64,000 bases of DNA from the human T2T-CHM13v2.0 reference genome, Homo sapiens. A model generated the notes under the pieces. The model had not been told where the DNA came from and did no database searches. It saw only the letters and a program-made list of their open reading frames with translations. Location: assembly GCF_009914755.1 (NCBI RefSeq), contig NC_060931.1, one strand, 5' to 3'. Of the stretch, positions 1 through 14,194 are shown piece after piece. Position 1 is the stretch's first letter. The number at the start of each line of letters is the position of its first letter. The translations under genes were made by a program, and so were the position numbers.

Positions 1-1077
1 AAGTAGTAAGAGACCCACAAGCTTCTGCCAGACAGAGGGTGAGGCTCATGGGAGTGGATGGGCCTGTCCACACATGGCACCATCTTGTCTCCAAATGGGT
101 TCGGTGCCCGGAGCCCTACAGTCCATGTACTGACTGACTTCAGCCTCAACTCGCCTCACCACCCCGCACAATGGCTTCCCAAGGAGTGAAGGTGTGTGAG
201 GGGTTTGTTTTCTCTGAGGACAGAAAAAGAAGGACGAAACACTATGATTAAACATTACAAACTTCTTTTAAAAACTTACATAAACACACACCTCTTGTCT
301 ATTACCTGCCTTACATTTTTTATTTTAAGTGTACTCAGTCTAATTCATTTGTTAATAAAAATTTAGCATATCTGAAGCAGGCATTTAATATAAAAAATAG
401 CTTAAAAACAGTTTTTACTTTCATTACTCTTTCCTACTTATTTTTTGAGTAACCTACTTGTACTTTTCTGAAATTTCTCATTTTAAACATGCAAAGACTA
501 TTTTGGATAAACATCCCTAGTCTTGAAGAAAGACTTTTTTTTAACATACTTTTAACTGACCAAGAGACACTTTAATTGTAATGAAGTATTTTTTTTCCCT
601 CAGAGTGTACAGCCGCATTCTATAAAAGAAAAAGAAAATCACAGAAAAGGGAGAAGGGAACAGCCACAGAGAAAGGGTTAGAGGGGAAGGAGGCTGGCAG
701 GGAACCAAGATACTGCAGGTCAGAGAAACGTAGGTTTCTTCAGTAGTAACAAGAGAAAATGTTTATCTCTCTATAGTTCCCACTCCAGTACCACTAGTGA
801 AAGGGGTGACATTTAGGAGCGAAACAGAAATATAAAAAAAAAAGAGAGTTCTGGGGAAGGAAGCAGTTTAAAAATGCAATTAGCAGCATACGCTCAAGAA
901 AGCGTTTGAGCCCGAGACCCCAGTCCATGACCTAGCTGTGGCCAGCACCCAGAGGAGGAGGGCAGAGAGGTGGACAGCACCCATGAGGGGAAGCAGGGAG
1001 GTCGTGCAATGGGACAGATGGTATCACGGGAGCGGGCGGCAGCTGGGGAGACATTACCAGACGAGAAACCTACCCAC

Positions 1078-1185
1078 CTCTGCCAGATTGTCACCCGACT
1101 TGGCGACAGCGGGGGAGTCGAGGAGCAGAGACTCGGCATGGATTCTGCGTAAGCGTTCTTTAAGATCTGTGTTTTGTGCTAGGGC
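1078..1185 (-). CDS. OSBPL3: OSBPL3 exon 12, cassette exon (ALAQNTDLKERLRRIHAESLLLDSPAVAKSGDNLAE)
   Basis: 108 nt, phase 0/0, ttccag|GCC ... GAG|gtgggt; read manually. Confidence 0.95.
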
Positions 1186-1680
1186 CTGGAACATGTTAAA
1201 ATAGTGGGGCTCTGTTAATAAATGGATGTTTCAGAAAAGCACAGCAGTGGGCCCTGCAGGAGCGATCTCTAAGAGCTTGATGAAACTCTTAGTGACGTGG
1301 TCTGACAGCGCACTTTCTGGACTTTTTCCTTGAATGCTCTCCAAGAGGATACTGGTTCTGAGATGCCTGGGAGATGACAAACCTGGGCTCTGGAAATGAT
1401 GCTCTTTTTCTTTTCTCATTCCAGACATGGAGGGAGGGTTGGTAAGTGCAACAGAGAGGGAAGTCACAGACACTGTCGGCTTCTGTTAAGACCAGTGGTT
1501 CCACAGCATCTCCTCCTCCTCCCCAACTGTCTGGAGTCTCTTTGGCCAAATCCCTTCCTAAGGAATCCAGGCTTCTATCTGCTTTGAAGAATATGCTGGC
1601 CCCATCCCTTATGATTGGACATATTTCAATGTTACTTAATTATCATACCCATTGAATCAGATTTTAGAAAGTGTGCTGGA

Positions 1681-1975
1681 GGCCGGGCAAGGTGGCTCAC
1701 ACCTGTAATTCCAGCACTTTGGGAGGTGGAGGCGGGCAGATTACTTGAGGTCAGGAGTTTGAGAACAGCCTGGCCAACATGGTGAAACCCCATCTCTACC
1801 AAAAAATGCAAAAATTAGTTGGGCATGGTGGCACACACCTGTAGTCCCAGCTACTTGGGAGGCTGAGGTGGGAGAATTGCTTGAACCTGGGAGGCTGACA
1901 GATGTTGCAGCGAGCTGAGATTGCGGCCTGGGTGAGAGTGAGACCCTGTCTCACGAAAAAAAAAAAAAGAAATAA
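1681..1975 (+). mobile_element. Alu (S/J-type)
   Basis: Dimeric Alu, A tail, TSD AGAAAGTGTGCTG (1666-1678/1976-1988). Confidence 0.95.
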
Positions 1976-4512
1976 AGAAAGTGTGCTGTGTGCTGGGAAG
2001 TAGGACTTTGTGAAAGATTAATTTTACTCTTTTCCAATATGGGTATTGATTGTTCTATTCATTCTTCAGGACTAAGGCAATCTATTTCAAAAAAGAAATG
2101 AGTAAGCCTCACTTACCTGCATAAGGGCTTAAGGACCATGGCTCTGGGAATGGGTAAATGTGAGATGAAAAGCAAATCTGAGACTATGCCCCCAGGCCTC
2201 CTTTATATTTCCCTGGGCAGGGATCATTCCTTATCTCAACCTCTCAACTAGGAGGAAAGTGGCTGAAAGGTAAAGGAAGCTGTTTCCTTCACGCTGATAC
2301 TCCTGTGCACTTCATGACCAACTCTTCTCCAATGGTCTGTCTGTGGAAGGGGGACAAGTTCTCCTGACTGTCTTCCCAGACACTCACACGATCAGCTCCA
2401 CGGGTGCTCGCATGCAGATTCAGCCTATATGTCTGTCTTTCTGACTCTTTTCTAAGAAGCTCTGAGCCTTTTGCATCCACCAGGGCCTGCAGGACCGACC
2501 TGCTGAAAGCATAGAAGGATGTGGTACTGCCTAATCCTCTACCTGGATCTCCAACAGGGATGCTGGCTTTGTTTTTCAGTCCCTGCAGAGCATATGGGTT
2601 ATTTGAAAATCCTTGAGGACCACTTAAGAAAAACTGCACAAGAGCTAAGATCACACAGCCACATATAACAGTCTCTCTGGAGCACTAACTTTATTCTGGC
2701 CAATGACAGAGGTAGGGAGGCTAGAATCTTAGTACAGCCTGAAAATTGTGCTATTTTATTAGTTTTTCTTTCCTTTGTAAGCCACAGGCAGAAGAAGAAA
2801 ACATGGCAACACTGTGCATACAGCACCGACATACCCATTCTGATAACTCTGATATGGTTCTAAAAATTTTATTTTCAAAAAACAAGTCTTAAACCCCAAT
2901 TGTGAATCCAAGCCAAAAAGGAAAGAAAGGATCATTCGGTTTTATCTGAAGTTTCCAAAATCGTGAATATGGGTGAGAATGAATTCCTTAGTGAAGGTGA
3001 GAACAGCCTTGGCCTAGGATACCACAGCCAAATAGGTCTCAGTGGCCAAACAGGCAGATTGACAAGATGAGGCCAGGCCTCTGTGGGAGGAGGCAGGGAG
3101 AGGAAGATCATGGGGAGAGGGACCTTGGAAGCCCATCAGAGATACCTTTTGTAAATGCACTAAAAGCTAGCTTAATGAGAACAATAAGAAAGTTAGGGAA
3201 AAAAAACAAAAACACTTTGCTTCTGCTTCTCTCAAACCAAAATGGCACCAGTGTATGGCTGTCTTGTACAATAAAAAGGGGGCGATTCTATCTGTGACCT
3301 TAAGACAACGTTAAGACTCTTCTTTATATATGGAGCAAGCCAATGTTATTTTTAATTTCTTTTGAAGATAGCATACTTGTAATGGTCCATCAGTGAATAC
3401 TCCTTACATATTCTACAACAACTATATGTGCTACTGGCAGAGGATTTATCACTAACATTATATTAAGAGCATCACTTTTCTTGGCAATACGATAAATAGA
3501 AAATATGAATCAACATTTTCTAGTTCTCTCAATGCCTGTGTTGGCTTCTGGTTACAAGATCCTAAAATTTATCTCCCCTACCTGACCTGAAATAGAAAAT
3601 TCAGTATTGCTTCAGATGGCAATTTCATATGTGCACACACTCTTTCTCTTTCTAAAGTAGGAATTCCAAAGTACAAGAAAAGAGTAAAAGCAAATCAGTA
3701 TGCTATTTCAAAAGTTCTCTAGCCTCCTGATAGATTCAGGGTAAAAAAAAAAAAACGAGATAACTTTATTCAAATAGAGGTAGGACATGGCACTTTAATG
3801 GAGCCTAACTATTCTGAGGAATTAATTGAAACTGATGAAAAAAGGAGAGAGAATGAGTGACAATGGCTGAGAATCATTTGGGACCCTGTCAGTGATTTTC
3901 CTGTTACTATGAAGGTATAGTGATTGCCTGACAGGCACTTTCATGTGACTCATCTCTTTGTAGCCACAGTAGGGGGGCAGGGCAGGGAAGCTAAATGTCT
4001 TGTACTATCCCATCAAACAAAATAGCTCTCATGTCTTTGAAAGAGTGGTAAACAGGATCAGTGCTTTGCAATAGGGAAGATAAGAGCATGAATTGGAAAT
4101 TTCACTCTGCCACCTGTCATTTGGAAAGTAAGGCTAAGCTTGTGGTGTCTCATGCCCATAAAATTTCCTCCAAACTGTCAGATTTTGTAAGCATTAACAG
4201 AAAAATGTCTGTAAGACACGCACACATACACACAAAAACGTACAATAAAAATGTTAGAGAAACAAAAAAATTAAGATCAGTCAGAGGAAACCAAACTTAA
4301 AGAAGGTATCACTTAATAAAATACTAGCTATTAAGACTTGGATAGGTAAGTTTTGGTGTTTCAAATAAGCAGATTTGATGAAAGGTTAGAATATAATTTG
4401 GATAATTTGGTTTTCTCCTGAATTTTCAACATAATCATGGAAATAGAAATTACAAACCATTCATGAGCCTGGACACATCTCAGGCATTCCTGGAGGCAGA
4501 CATGTAACTTAC

Positions 4513-4643
4513 GGATGACAGGGCGTTCTTCAGACCAATGACCTGAGCAGACGGGGAGGAGGAGGCATCCTGCTCCATCAGCTGCTTCAGTTTCTCTCTC
4601 TCCGCTGACATGATATTAAAAGCTGACCTTAAAGTGAAGTAAA
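4513..4643 (-). CDS. OSBPL3: OSBPL3 exon 11 (VYFTLRSAFNIMSAEREKLKQLME...KNALSS)
   Basis: 131 nt, ctatag|TT ... TCC|gtaagt; read manually. Confidence 0.95.
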
Positions 4644-4739
4644 CTATAGAGATAGAATCATTATAAAAAGGAATAAGGAGGCATAATTAAAAACAAAATA
4701 CAGAAAAAAACATATCTCTTATAAAAGAAACAAGCAAAG

Positions 4740-5900
4740 TAACAGCCCTGAATATTTTGAGTATAGCAAATGTACATTCTACCTTGACTTTTAAAAAACA
4801 CATTTGCCATGTAGAACACGCTAATGTAAACTAAGGCCTCTGGATGATGATGTGTCCACGTAGGTTCATTGACTGTAAGAGATGCAGTACTCTGGTGTGG
4901 GATGCTGATGGCGGGGGGACGGTGCCTACATGGGAGCAGGGGGCTTATAAAAGCTCTGCACTTTTGGTTCAATTTTGCTATGGACCTAAAACTGCTAGAA
5001 AAAATTAAGTCTATTAAAATTAACTCCCATTCACACACATCTGGCAATTCTAAGGCCCCTATCCACTGTAATGTCTCATGACTTTATGACTTATCATCAG
5101 GATTTTTTGACACTTGCACTTTGCTTCTAGATCCTCAGTGATCAGTGTTTTGTTTTGTTTTTGTATCCCCAAAGACTGGAAAGGGTTAAAAACAAAGCTT
5201 ATTGGTTTTCCAGGGGAAAATGTTAACACTACAGCAGAAAAATTAGACAGCACCTTAATCAGGTGATCAAAATTAACTATTGGTGAGAGTCAGGTGGACC
5301 ATGTGCCTCTAGGTAAAATAGGCTGAAAAAGACACAACATCTCCTTTGGTGTATGCCAGCCAGGGCTATGTAATCTGAATTTGATCATGAGCAAACATCA
5401 GACAACCCCAGAATGAGAAACATTTTATTTTTACAAGTTGGCCTATACTATTCAAAAGTGTCAATTTGACGAAAGAGAAAGAAAGGCTGAGGAACTGTTC
5501 CCAATTAAAGGAGGCAAAAGAGGAATGACAATGAAACTGACTCAAGGGGCAACATGGTACTAAAGGCATTATTGGGATAACTGACAGCATTTGAATATGG
5601 GAGGTAGAATAGATAAAAGTTGCTTCAATGCTGTATTTCCTGAATTTGATTACTATACTGTGGTTATATAACAGAGTATTCCTATTTTATATACTAAAGT
5701 ATAAAGCCATAAAGAACAACACGAGGTATGAATTCTACTCTCAAATGGTTCCAAAAAGTGAAAGCGTGTGTGTGTAGAGAGTGATAAAATAAATGTGGCA
5801 AATATTTAAAACGAAGTATTTGGGTAAAGGGTATACAGAAGTTCTCTGTATAATTCTTGCAACTTTTCTGTAAGTTTGTAATTGTTTCAAAACAAAGTCT
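4740..5900 (+). mobile_element. Old L1M 3' UTR fragments
   Basis: L1MC/ME-like 3' motifs; boundaries approximate. Confidence 0.6.
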
Positions 5901-6498
5901 TACTGTCTACCTTCTTGCTTGTTAGCCCTTCCAGCTGCAGGACCCAGAATCCCCCAGCTCTAACCCTGGCATTCAGCTACTCTGTTCCCTAGTGAGCCCT
6001 CAGGTACAATGAGGGCTTAGCCACTATGGCCTCCAATGCCTGAACTGAAGTTTTAAAAAACATTAACACATACAGCACACACACACACACAAATCATTAT
6101 TCATTAGGTTTTGATCACATCATGTACAAATTACTTCCTAGGGATGAGGAAGCTGTTATCTAAATTACTGATCGTGGCTATCACATTTGAATATTATCTT
6201 TCCAATCTCCTTTATAATATTTTGTTTTAGAAGAGCAGGAAGACTGAAGAGACTCAGACACATGTCTTCTCAAATGACCTAGCACATTACTGAATTCCAC
6301 AGGGCTGCATTTTTAGAGGTATTGTTATTCAAGAGTGGGCTATTTAGTAACACAGAAACTAAATAGGCATTATTGACTTACTTCATTTAATAGCAAGGAG
6401 GACAACTAAACCTCTCTATATGTTGTTGCTGAACTTGTCTGAGGTTGTGGCATTTAGTGATGGACCTGAAACATCTTAACAAAGTCACAACAATTTGT

Positions 6499-6506
6499 AC
6501 ACACAC

Positions 6507-6554
<48 letters not shown>

Positions 6555-6557
6555 ACA
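6499..6557. repeat. (CA)n microsatellite, interrupted
   Basis: Direct reading. Confidence 0.97.
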
Positions 6558-6689
6558 ATGGTGCTGCCTCTGCCAACAGAAGATGGGGGTCAAATGGAAC
6601 TAAAATTTTCTAACGACGCCTATGAAACACACTTAGCTCCTTGCTTTAAACAATTTAATTGAGCAAAATAATGGGCAGGACAACAGAGT

Positions 6690-6920
6690 AATCAACAGCT
6701 GGGGCTCCACCATCAGCCCTGGATTCTTCCCCACTCCATCACCTATTAACTCCATGACCTTGGATGAGTAAATGATGTGCCTGAACCCTGGTTTCCACAT
6801 TTGTAAATGGGGATAATAATAACTTTTACTTTAAATGGTTGTCATGAGGATTGAATGAGAGAGGGAATGCAGGTAAAGCACATAACACAATGCGTGGTAT
6901 GTAATAAATAACAAATGTTA
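6690..6920 (+). mobile_element. MIR (representative; further MIR cores near 11600, 15770, 22000, 40240, 44030, 48650, 53990)
   Basis: TGACCTTGG...GTTTCCACATTTGTAAATGGGGATAATAATA core. Confidence 0.65.
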
Positions 6921-9900
6921 CTGCAATATCATAGTGATACCGATGAAGGAGACACATGAGGATGAAAGTGATGGTGACTGCAGTCTCTTGAAATGTTGGC
7001 AGCAGCTCTAGATGATGCTTTACTCTTTTGCCAGGAAAATGCTTGTAAATAACTGCACACAGGGTAGAAATTCTAGGAATGAGGGGTTGGCCAGAATCTA
7101 TGGAGCTGTAGGAGAACAGCCTTGGGAGGAGAGCAGCAAGCCACACAGTTACGGACTGCATCCTATGTCCTATTAGATAGGCACTATGCCCCTCCCCTGC
7201 CTGCCACACACACAGGATGCCCATGGCCATCTCAGTGGGTCCCCTGGGGAGCTACCTCTCACTGTCTTGTTTATTGCTCCAAATAAAATAAATGTGGCAC
7301 TCAGCTAGCCGCCACTTTCCAAATCAATTCCTCTGGCTTCCAGGTGACCTACAGAAAAACAAGGCTTTCCACCAAATGAGAAGAGTCCTACATAAATTTT
7401 AAAAACTGGCAGAATATACAATATTTGGTTCAAAATGTACAGCTGACAAGATTGCAATAGGTGTAAGATAAGCAGAAAGAAACTCATATAGTCATTATAT
7501 TTTATTGTAAGGAATAAAACGCTTCCTAAATCATCTGAAAAAAGGGTTTGGAAGACTAGATCCCTGTGTACTAAATTTCTTAAATGACTATCAGGGCCCA
7601 CTCAGGACATTAAAATAGTCATTCACAGCCACCTAATGATCTGCCACACACAGGGCAATGATCAGAGGTTGCTCATGAGAGACCACATTTATATTAATTG
7701 TTTAAGACACAGGATCCCAAAAGTCAGGAACACTCTCTGTGATAGGAGTGCTTTCTTACTTATTTCTAACATGAATCTAAGCTTACTAGAGACAAATAAA
7801 CAGCTTTAAAAAATAGAAGATTCAAATGAGTGCATCACATCTATGGTTACCTGACAATAAATAAAGCCACACAGAAAATCTTAGATGCTCAGAGATTACC
7901 AAAGCCACCCACCCCACAACACGACCAACTCTTCACATCTCCAGCTTCCCCGCCAAATGGTCTGCTGGCCCACGCTTGTCAGAGCACTTGCTATCTCCTA
8001 AAATGGTACATTCTGCTCTGGGACTTAGAAAGTCCTTCCTGCTGCTAAGACATTTGCCTCAGTGTCTCTTCACTGTCAAAGAGGAGGTATTTCCTCTTTC
8101 ATTGAGTGTTCAAATATCGGAAGGCAACTGTGGCATCTGCGATGATTCATCTCTTTCCCAAACTGTCATTAGCCATTTCTCAGATACCCTTCCTGGACTA
8201 TGAGAGGCAGGCACAGGTTGAGTTTTTGACTGTAAGAAGTCATAAGTTGCATCTACAGAATGGAACATCATAAGCGTCGTACAAGTGACTCTTGGTGGTC
8301 ACTACCTTTCTGTTTCTAAGGCTTCCATGCTGTTCTTTTATTGAGTTAGTACAGTGAGACTATAATAGATGGAATGTTTGGATAGTGAGAGTCAATACTC
8401 TCACTATCAATGTATCTCAATTTATCTGAGCTCTACTTCTTAACATGCTCCTTCTTTAGCAGTTTCTCAGCATCAGGAAAGAATAAGATCTTGGAGAAAG
8501 TAGTTATGAATGCCATGGGTACCGCTCTAGAAAGCAATGTGGTACAGGAGAAAGAAATTCTCTAATAAGGCCAGCCTGAAGTTAAATTCTACCTCTAACA
8601 CTTAGTTGCAGCTGCCATTTATATTTTGGACAATTATATTCAGGATTTGTCCAAAATACGTTTCTACATCTGTACATGTAGATGATGGGCACATCTGAGG
8701 AGCGCTTTAAGCAATGAGAAAACCTACTATCACAGAGCACCTAACAAACAGTGAGACTCATTTTTCCCCCTTTTTAATTGGAAACCAAATTTTAGGTGAA
8801 TTTTCTTTGAAATGTTAACATTCCTAATATATCTGGGACACTCTGATCTTCTGTAATCTGCAGCAGTTTCAAACCTCACAGGATGCCCATGATTTTAAAA
8901 TTCTTTTTAACCCATATTCCATCCAAATTGATTTAGATACATTAGGTAACTTTACTAAATGGTCCTACTTATGAATCTAATTGCTCAGCACATTTATGCT
9001 GAATTCTAATTTATGAACAATAAATGACTTGGCTTTTTGTTCAGTCATATATCTCTTTTAGCTTTTTAATCTATGAAAGAGGTATCATTGTAACACACTT
9101 GGCTTTTTATTCAATGCTTCCATAAGCTGAAAATGGTTCAGAAAATGACCACTCAATACTTACTACTCAACATAGGGAAAGAATCCAGAAAGAAAAGAAT
9201 AGGTAAATACAGTTTTGACTTTGTTCTATGTAGCTTTCACATTTGTGAATGAGGATTTCCTTCACTTGTAGGAAAAGTGTCCCTAAAACATCATTTGCTT
9301 CCCTTCCAAGTCAAAGAACACAGATATCCGCTTCCATTCAGAACACCTGACCCTAGCCCTGTCTTGTTCCTTGCTTTGCCATCCTAAATCTCCTCACCAA
9401 GTTTGGTCATTTCTGTTTCTGCTAACAGAACACTCTCTCAGAAAGCCTTCTTGTAACAATAAGCAATAGTAGGGACTCTTTCTATTCAGTGTAAAATAAT
9501 CAAAGAAAATAACTACAGATTTTGAGAACCAAAAGAGTCAGGACAACTACTATACGACATTTAACAGGCTATCAAGGGCCAGAGAGGTTAATAAATGAAG
9601 TCAAATTTCCACAGCTAGTCAGTAACAGAGGTGGCCTACTTAGCCAGTACAGAGGGAGCTCCAAAAAGGCTTATTATTTACAATGTTTTTTAAAGTATGT
9701 TTCTCAGAAACTTAAATTCCAGGATGTTAATAGCTGTTGGGAATAGGGGGGAAGATTCCCAAATAATATTGAAAGTCACTGAGTTAAACAAAGCCAACAG
9801 ATTTTTGTGTTGTTTTTTGCTGCAGGACTTCTCAGGGCCTTTACTATTTACTGTTCTTATGTAAATCCAAAGGAGACCATAGTCAGCAGTGTTTTCCAAA

Positions 9901-11919
9901 CATTTTTAATCATGAAGTTTTTGTTTCATTTTTAGAAGTACTTTATGGGTAAAGTGTTCCATAAAACATATTTTGGGAAATGTAAAAGCTAATATATGCA
10001 ACAAAAATTACTTAAGACTTTTAGGTTTCAATATATTTCATTCTCTGCTTATATGTGTGTGAACATCCACACAAAGCCAGAAACATAAGCCAACAACTGG
10101 TTCAACAATATGCCATAAAAATCAAACTCACAGTCTATAATATAGAATAAGGACTTTTAAAACTAGCATGGGTGTATTTTGGTTCCCTACCATTTGATCT
10201 ACAAAACCAGGAGAATTCAGATGCATTTAACAAGGTGAAGGTCGCAGAGACTATGTTACATCACTGGAATTCTTGCCTTTAGTTCAGCTGCTTTGGAATT
10301 GTAGTCAACAGAATAGTGATGCAGTCGAGAAAGTACAATAGATACTGTCAGTAACAAAACGAGGTTTACACAGGAAGAAAGGTCAAGATGCTTCGAGTTT
10401 GAATGTATGGAAGTGAGAAGGCATGCAAGGTCACAGGACTTAGTACAAACCTGAGAGCTGTCTTTATTCTCTGAGGCCCCCAAATTACAATCTGTGCAAG
10501 AGACTCCCTGAACCAGGAAAAGGAAGATCTTTCCCTCTCTGCAAGTGTACTGTAAAACCACAGGAATGAAACACCTTGTTAGGCTCCCTGTGGAATTTGT
10601 TGTCTGTAAGCCCACAGGGCTCAGGCAACTGTTGAATAAGTGCATTGGACCTTTCTCCAGGACAAACCTTGGCCCAGTCTAGGTATGTGGCAGCTCTGCA
10701 GCCAGCAGGTTTTCACAAAGTGGGAAAGACAGAACTGCTGGATGGGGCCCATTACAGACTTTCAACAAGGTGGAGACCTCTGCAGGAGGACTGGATCAAT
10801 GGATCCACTCAGTATGGCAACCTTTGTCCTGCTGAGGAGGCAGCTTCTTCAATGGAGGTGAAACTCAGGACATTTCCTCTGTGTAGGGAGGCATTATCTT
10901 CTCATTGTTTAAAAGTTTGTATTATTAAAAAGTAACAATGTTTTATAGGAATTTCCTCCCACAAAACTTAAGATGCCCTAATTGCAACTGATTATTTTAA
11001 TTCTTCAAATTCTTTGAAGATCCTTTAAGGGTGGGCCAGGTAACTCTTGCCATTTCACGGATGAACTGCACAACAAAACACTGATAACAGTCTAATGGTA
11101 ATTAGGACAAGCATTCCAGGTAGCAATCTGTATAAAGGATGAAATGGTTTCCTTATAACCCACCTCATATCCAACATGTTTTAAATTTAGAGGGTAAGGG
11201 AAGAGAGAGCTGAAGGAATCAGTAATGTACGAAACAAAAATACGAAGTAGGAAAGGAAGGCAATAGAGGGAATATCTTCTCTCTTCCCATATTACACACT
11301 GCCCTCCCACTGAAAAATTTTAAATCCATTTTCTCTTTAAGAAATAATATATGAAAATTGAAAAAAAAGTTAAGCAGAAAGATAAATAAGCACTTAGAAC
11401 TCCAGCCTCCATCACTTAAATGTTTGTATATATCCTTCCAGACTTTTTAGTATACCTATATATGCCCGAAATAGGATCATACCTATATATTGTTTTGTAA
11501 CCTTACATTTTTACTTTACATTTTATGCTGAGGACATCTTTCTACAACTATAAAAAATAACGCTGGCCACTCCATCTGTAAGAGCAGAGAAATACCAGGT
11601 AAGGATTATGGACTCTGGGGTCAAACAGGTGAGAATTCAAGTCTCATGCTGGCTGCTTTGTAACCATGTGACCCTCAGGAAGCTGTTATTTTATCTAAGT
11701 CTCAAGTTTCTTATTTATGCAATAGAGATCATAATGATACCTACTTCGCAGGCTGCAGCTAGAATTAAAATAATGCACGTAAAGTAATTAGCAAATACCT
11801 GACGTGACAGTTATGTGCTCGATGTTAAGTAGCTCTCATTATTATTATTAGTGAGTATTCTATTATATTACGTTTTTGAAAAAATTCAATCCCCTATTGT
11901 TTGGCATTTAGATTATTTC

Positions 11920-13210
11920 TATTTTTTTAACCTTTTATTTTGAAATCATTATTGACTTACAGGTAATTGCAAAATAGTAAAGTCCCACATACCCTATACC
12001 CAGTTTCTCCCAGTAGTTACATCTTACACATCTATGGTACAATATAAAAACGTGGGAGTTGACATTAGTATAATCTACAGATTTTATTCAGATTTCACCA
12101 GATTTACATTCACTGATCTGTTTGTATGTGTGTGGGTATAAGTAAATGCAATTTTATCACATGTCCACATTCCTGTAACCAGCACCACAATCAGGATACA
12201 GAATTTTTCATCACTACAAGATCCCTTGTGCTACCCCTTTATAATCACACTCCCCTTTACTTCCTCCATCTCCATAATTATATCATTTCAAAACATTTAT
12301 GTAAGTGGAACCCTACAGATATGGTTTGGCTGTGTCCCCACCCAAATCTTATCTTGAATTATAGCTCCCATAATTCCCATGTGTTATGGGAGGGACTCAG
12401 TGAAGGATAATTGAATCACGGGGGTGGCTTCCCAAATACTGTTCTTGTGGTAGTAAATAAGTCTCATGAGATCTGATGGTTTTATAAGGGGTTTCCCTTT
12501 TCACTTAGCTTTAATTCTCTCTTGCCTGCCACCATGTAAGACATGCTTTTCGTCATCTGCCATGATTGTGAGGCCTCCCCAGCCACATGGAACTGTGAGT
12601 CCATTAAACCTCTTTTTCTTTATAAATTACCCAGTTTCGGGTATGTCTTTATCAGCAGCATGAAAATGGAGTAATACACCTATACTATGTAATGTTTTGA
12701 GATTGGTTATTTTCTGTCAGCATAACGTCCCTGAGATCCATCCAAGTTGCTATGTATATCAATAGTTTGTTCCTTGGTATTGCTGAGGAGTATTCCATTG
12801 TATGGATGTACCACAGTTTGTTTAACCATTCATCTGTTGAAAACCACTTGAGTTTGTTTCCAGTCTTTGGCCAATACAAATAAACTTGCTTTGAACATGG
12901 GTATAGATTTGTGTGTGGACATAAATTTTCATTTATCTGGAACAAATGCTCAGAAATGAGTGTTGGGTTGCATGGTAAATGCATGTTTAATTTTATACAA
13001 CACTGCCAAACTGTTTTCCAGAGTGGCTACACCATTTTACATAGCTACAAGCAATGTATGACAGATTAAATTTATATGCATTTTCACCAGCATTTGATAC
13101 TATATTTCCTTTTAACTTTGGCTCTTCTAATAGGTGTGTAGTGATATCTCATCATGGCTTTAATCTGCATTTTCCTAATGGCTAATGATGTTGAATACCT
13201 ATTTCTAATT
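11920..13210 (-). mobile_element. Old L1M fragment interrupted by THE1
   Basis: Reverse L1 3' region; ORF 12685..12984 has L1-like translation (DEWLNKLWYIHTMEY); boundaries approximate. Confidence 0.8.
12317..12678 (+). mobile_element. THE1 (ERVL-MaLR) solo LTR nested in L1
   Basis: GATATGGTTTGGCTGTGTCCCCACCCAAATCT...TAATACA; TSD CCTAC/CCTAT. Confidence 0.9.
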
Positions 13211-13621
13211 TTTGATGTGACAATGCAAAATGGATACTTTGTTTGGATAAATTCTAAGTTAATTCCTACAATGAATTCTTCAAAGTGGAATTGCTAGATA
13301 GGCAGATTTTAAAAATAGTGAGAAAATAATATCATATTGCCCTCCAGAAAATTACCAATTTACACTCCCACCAACATCACATGAATTGCTCAGCTTTTAA
13401 AGTACTAACTCTCTCTCATTGTCTCCCCCACAAGGTTAAAAAGAAAGTTCTTGCCAATACATTCTCCACTACTAGGGAAATAAAATAAAGATTAGGTTTC
13501 CCTAAATCTTAATAGAGCAGAAAATGAACCAACTAAGATACTCTCTCTAAGGACATCTCACATTCAGACATGCACTTAACATTTTCATCAAACACATTAG
13601 GAAGAAAGAAAACTCATTTAC

Positions 13622-13778
13622 CTTTATGGGCAATATGACACAGATCTTCTTGCATTTTAGAAAACTCTGATGAGGTTTCAGAGCCATCAGAATAATTTTT
13701 CTCTTCTCCAAAATCTAGTGTTGACAAATTAGGATTGGAGGAGTGTAGTCTTACTGGGCCAGAAAAAGGTTTCGGGAC
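13622..13778 (-). CDS. OSBPL3: OSBPL3 exon 10 (VPKPFSGPVRLHSSNPNL...LCHIAHK)
   Basis: 157 nt, cttcag|GTC ... AAAG|gtaaat. Confidence 0.96.
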
Positions 13779-13886
13779 CTGAAGTAACACCAAAGGGAGA
13801 TATTTCTTTTCAGATGCAGATTGCTTAGAATATTTACTTGATTCTAAGATTGAAACATGGTAATACAAATACAAAACATTTTATAG

Positions 13887-14194
<308 letters not shown>

